Below, piece after piece: positions 58,535 through 64,000 of a stretch of DNA of 64,000 nt. This DNA is from Eledone cirrhosa (taxonomy: Eukaryota). How positions within the stretch are numbered: the stretch's first letter is position 1; every line of letters begins with the position of its first letter. The notes under the pieces are model-generated. The model was not told the origin of the DNA. It made no database searches and saw nothing but the letters and a program-made list of their open reading frames with translations. The position numbers and the translations under genes were made by a program. Location of the stretch: positions 4,650,001 through 4,714,000 of the forward strand of contig OZ024761.1 in the NCBI GenBank assembly GCA_964016885.1, written 5' to 3'.

Positions 58535-59090
58535 ATGGTGGCTGCCAACTCGTTTTCGAGTATGGCCACTACTTTATATCCATGTAGGAGAACCCCTACC
58601 GATGTGCTGAACAAGTGTGACTTTTTAGTCCAGCCAGCGACTTGAAAACTCTGGTACAAACAGTACACTTGTGACAATTATTGACATAGTGCTGGGCCCA
58701 TGGTACCATGTGACGACAAGTGCAGAGAGATCTCCAGATATAAAGCAATGCCTGTGCCGTGAAGCTTTTATAGTGAGCAAGGCACTGCACAAAGCCAGTC
58801 CCACTCTCTTAACCAAGATGATATTAACCAAGAAGAACAAGTCAACATCATTGGATATCATCAGCGTTGCAGGTGTTATATCAGAGTTTTTATGCAGGTG
58901 TTATATCAGAGATTTTGGATGGCCATTGACACTTAAGAGCTCCTTTGCCCTTTGACAGGTTTTGTTTTTAGTCCTGCAGGATGTCCAAAGTCACCCTCCT
59001 CACCAAGAAACCTTGGTGGGGTTGCCAGTTTAGTCAACAACGACCTAACCATGGGACAGGTTGTACTGGGATACATGATACCAGTAGCAC
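58535..59090 (-). mobile_element. Internally deleted RTE-like LINE remnant
   Basis: C-terminal C2H2-like CTVCTRVFKSLAGLKSH; ends shared with 15940-15980 and 16345-16485. Confidence 0.6.
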
Positions 59091-59164
59091 ATATACATAT
59101 ATACATATATATATATACATGTTTATATATATATACATATATCTATACATATATATACAAATAC

Positions 59165-59197
<33 letters not shown>

Positions 59198-59250
59198 CAT
59201 ATACATATGTATATACATATATATAAATATACATATACACATATACATAC

Positions 59251-59301
<51 letters not shown>

Positions 59302-59965
59302 TACATATATACATAGCCTCCTCCTCAACTTTCACTCACTCATTCTCTGTCACTACCTCCCCTCCTCCTCCTCCTCCTCCTCCTCCTCCTCCTCCTCTTT
59401 CTTCCCGTTTGACCTGTGTGTAATTCTTTTCTCGCGCTTTCTTGGTCAAGCCGGTATGAAATTTTTTTTCTCTCTCTCTCTTTCGTCTGCGACTTCACAA
59501 AACTTATGTTTACCGAATTCGTAGACCAGACCCCTTCTTCTTCTTCTTCTTCTTCTTCTTCTTCTTCTTCTTCTTCTTCTTCTTCTTCTTCTTCTTCTTC
59601 TTCTTCTTCTTCTTCTTCTTCTTCTTCTTCCCCCCGTTAGACCTGTGCGAAATTCCTTCCTTGCTCACATTTCAACCAGGTTTGATGGTCTTTTGTCTCT
59701 TGTTCACGATTTCACCGAGTTTATATTCATAGAAATCTGGGACTTGTCTCTTTCTTCTCACTTTCCGTTGCTTAAACCATTTTGTTTGTTACCCTAACGT
59801 CCCCTTTATTTACGTGTCCCAACGACTTTTTTTAGCCGTTGTTCGCACCAACCTGAGGTATATGCCCCTTAAAGCGATGAAATGCCTGGGACGGTTGGAG
59901 GGTCACTGATGAAGGACTTACTTTTTCATATGCACCCCATTTGCAACGCGCAGCTCATCATTATT

Positions 59966-60033
<68 letters not shown>

Positions 60034-60289
60034 TAAACGGAATAGAAAATGCTGACAAATTGTTCACAGTTGAAAAATGGTTTAATTAGGAATAAAAGAG
60101 TATTAGTGATTGTATGGGTTAGTATTCAGTTGTGGTTTTAAGTTTTTAAGTTTTTACCGGTTGCGCATTTCTAAATGCTTTTCAAAAATAATTTTGAGAT
60201 AGAGTGTCCGTGCTGTTTGCTCTATATATATATTTCGTTTCTGAATTTGTTTAACAAGATTCTTTATCTGAAATCGTGTGTTGAAACCG

Positions 60290-61115
60290 ATATTGTTATA
60301 CTTTGGGAGGGTCATGTTGCCAATAAGAAACACACGCACCAGGTGCTTTCACTTCAATTTATTATATATTTATAAATTTATAAATTTACAAATCTACAAA
60401 CTTATAAATTTCTGGTTGGTTGGTTGGTTCCACAACCAGATAGTTGTTTATATATAGTCATAGTCCTTTCGTCACACACTCTGTGACCTCTTCAGTGACT
60501 GGGGATTCCTTTCTTTGTTTCTGTGCCTTTCCTTTCTTCTATCCTACACCATTTTGTTTCTGTGTGTGTGTTGTGTGCTCAGTTTGCGCATGCGCCACAT
60601 CCGGGCGTCTGTGTGTGTTTGTGTTCATTTATCTATTTGTTTATTTATTTATTTATTTATTGTTGGTTGGTTGTTTGTTCTATGTGTGTGTGTGTTTTCA
60701 TTTTGTCCTTAATTGTAAGTTGTGATGTTGCTGTTCCACTCATATTTTCTATTTAATTTGGTTGTAATTCTTTTATGCTTACTGTCTCTGTAATTTGCCT
60801 AAACATTGCATCTTTTCTGTGTGTGGATTCTATTTTTATTTCTATGTTCTCTAATCTACCCCTGTGTTCTATCTTAGCAAGTTGGTAGAGCACAGATGAT
60901 TCTTTATTATCTTGAAGGTCTCGCCAGTGTTCATTGCCAGAGTGTGTGACTATATATAAACAACTATCTGGTTGTGGAACCAACCAACCAACCAGAAATT
61001 TATAAGTTTGTAGATTTGTAAATTTATAAATTTATAAATATATAATAAATTGAAGTGAAAGCAACTGGTGCGTGTGTTTCTTATTGGCAACATGAGCCTC
61101 CCAAAGTATAACAAT
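60290..61115 (-). mobile_element. 5'-truncated PLE with GIY-YIG tail, hammerhead (60456-60500) and inverted terminal repeat; related copy at 22140-22300
   Basis: EHWRDL..SVLY..EH...RQITETVSI...P; agtca-CTGAAGA-g-gtcaca/tgtgac-GAAA-ggac-TA-tgact; 60935-61115 inverts 60290-60480. Confidence 0.85.
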
Positions 61116-61149
61116 ATATATATATACATATATATATATACATATATAT

Positions 61150-61200
<51 letters not shown>

Positions 61201-61247
61201 CATATACACATATATATATATACGCACATATATATATATATACATAC

Positions 61248-61296
<49 letters not shown>

Positions 61297-62161
61297 CACA
61301 TATATATATACACATATATATACATATATATATATACTTATATATATATACATATATATATATACATTTATACATATATATCTATATATATATATATATA
61401 CATATATACATATATATACATATATACATATATATATATATACATATATATATACATATATATATATATACATACACATACATACATATATATGTATATA
61501 CACACATATATATATACACATATATATATACATATATATTTATATATATATATATATATATACATATATATCCATATATATACATATATATACACATATA
61601 CATACACATATATATATACATATATATTTATATATATACATATATATACATACATACATATACATATATCTATATATATACATATATATATACATATATA
61701 TATATTTATATATATACATATATACATATATATATATTTATATATATACATATATACATATATATATATTTATATATATACATATACATATACATATATA
61801 TATACATATATATATATACATACACACATATATATACACATATACATATACATATATATCCATATACATATATATACATATACACATATACACACATACA
61901 TATATATATATATATATACATATACACATATACATATATATATATATACATATACATACACATACATATATATACACATACATATATATATATATATATA
62001 TACATATATACATATATATACATATACACACATACAGATAGATATACATATATATATATACATATATACATATATATATACACATATACATATATATACA
62101 TATACATATATATATATACATATACACATACATACATATATACACATATACATATATACAC

Positions 62162-62194
<33 letters not shown>

Positions 62195-62223
62195 TACACG
62201 TATATATATACACATACACACAC

Positions 62224-62257
<34 letters not shown>

Positions 62258-62405
62258 GTATAATATATATAATATATATATATATACATATATATATAGA
62301 TACATATATATACATATACATATATACATACACATATATACATATATATACACATATATATATTTATATATACATACATATACATATACATACATATACA
62401 TATAC

Positions 62406-62456
<51 letters not shown>

Positions 62457-62585
62457 CATATATACATATATATATATATATACATATACATATACATACA
62501 TATATATACATATATATATATACATATATATATATACATATATATATATATACATATACATATATATATATATACATACATATAC

Positions 62586-62618
<33 letters not shown>

Positions 62619-62627
62619 CATATATAT
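61115..62627. repeat. TA/CA-rich microsatellite
   Basis: Direct reading. Confidence 0.97.
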
Positions 62628-63310
62628 ATTGGAATAAATGCTCTGAAATAGCGATATATATGTGAATATAGACATAGAATATTCGAAAATATTCTGTATG
62701 TTTATAATAAACATTTTGAAGACCTAATCGCTATAGAATAGAATACGTCACGTATTACAATTAGATTCTCGATAAAAGCAAGGGAAGTAATCTACGCGTT
62801 TCATTCTCGTAAGAAATCATCAGGACTACATATCCAGTGCTTTTATCGAGAATGACACAGCTAGAGACTTATAGAATACTTAGCTGTGTACAGGAACTGG
62901 TTTGAAAGAGCGGTTTCTATTCTATAGCGATTAGGTCTTCAAAATGTTTATTATAAACATACAGAATATTTTCGAATATTCTATGTCTATATTCACATAT
63001 ATATCGCTATTTCAGAGCATTTATTCCAATTTCTAATTTCTGCCGGACCGGCAACCGCTCTTTCAAACCAGTTCCTGTACACAGCTAAGTATTCTATAAG
63101 TCTCTAGCTGTGTCATTCTCGATAAAAGCACTGGATATGTAGTCCTGATGATTTCTTACGAGAATGAAACGCGTAGATTACTTCCCTTGCTTTTATCGAG
63201 AATCTAATTGTAATACGTGACGTATTCTATTCTATAGCGATTAGGTCTTCAAAATGTTTATTATAAACATACAGAATATTTTCGAATATTCTATGTCTAT
63301 ATTCACATAT
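62628..63310. mobile_element. Non-coding ~310-nt hammerhead element: partial tandem plus inverted copy
   Basis: 62628-62915 is inverted relative to 62916-63310; hammerheads at 63139-63181 (+) and 62787-62829 (-). Confidence 0.88.
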
Positions 63311-63334
63311 ATATATATACATATATATATATAC

Positions 63335-63365
<31 letters not shown>

Positions 63366-63429
63366 CATATATATACATATATATATATATACATACATAT
63401 ATATATATACATATATATATACCAGTGCA

Positions 63430-63672
63430 ATCCCAAAAGTCAGCTCAAAAGTGACACAGAGGAGACTGAGGTTAGCTGGACATGCTCACCGACATCCAGA
63501 GTTGACATTGCACTCAGTGCTCCTTTGGGAGCCCCTACATGGACACACTGGAAGAGGAAGACCAAGGACAGACACTGGTCTGTTGGAGACGCAGGACATG
63601 GCAGCGATAATGAGGTACAGAGACCGCTGGAGAGAACTCGTCCATGGATCTCGGGAATTTTACCCGCCTTAG
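63430..63672 (+). mobile_element. RTE-like LINE 3' fragment
   Basis: [24 protein letters not shown]; (TAGA)n tail. Confidence 0.8.
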
Positions 63673-63729
63673 ATAGATAGATAGATAGATATATATATAC
63701 ATATATACATATATATATACACATATACA

Positions 63730-63769
<40 letters not shown>

Positions 63770-63775
63770 CATATA

Positions 63776-63813
<38 letters not shown>

Positions 63814-63868
63814 CATATATTTATTAAATATATTACATATATATATATATACATACATACATATACAT

Positions 63869-63913
<45 letters not shown>

Positions 63914-63936
63914 CATATATATATATACATACATAC

Positions 63937-63969
<33 letters not shown>

Positions 63970-64000
63970 CATACATATATATATATACATACATACAAAC

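Noticed and set aside
61068-62651. 527-aa YI-rich ORF and similar YI/CV/HT ORFs elsewhere
   Set aside because: Dinucleotide microsatellite artefacts.

Overview
This is repeat-dense animal genomic DNA, not prokaryotic. The SINE types and microsatellite load suggest a coleoid cephalopod such as an octopod (inference). The one host gene is a minus-strand, multi-exon SLC6 Na+/Cl- amino-acid transporter (glycine/proline branch). Five core exons splice in frame, two candidate alternative first coding exons lie at 18408-18932 and 41659-41676, and the gene runs off the window start. The rest is satellites, micro/minisatellites and transposon debris: Penelope-like elements (PLEs), R4/Dong-like, CRE-like and RTE-like LINEs, a Helitron remnant, hAT/mariner/Tigger-type MITEs and tRNA-derived SINEs. 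Two things stand out. (1) At least seven unrelated short elements carry type-I hammerhead ribozyme cores, mostly inside inverted duplications next to (TA)n tracts; one is a ~310-nt retrozyme-like unit with near-identical copies. (2) Two satellite arrays were expanded directly out of Helitron helicase coding sequence. All calls come from reading the sequence by eye; no searches or folding programs were run.
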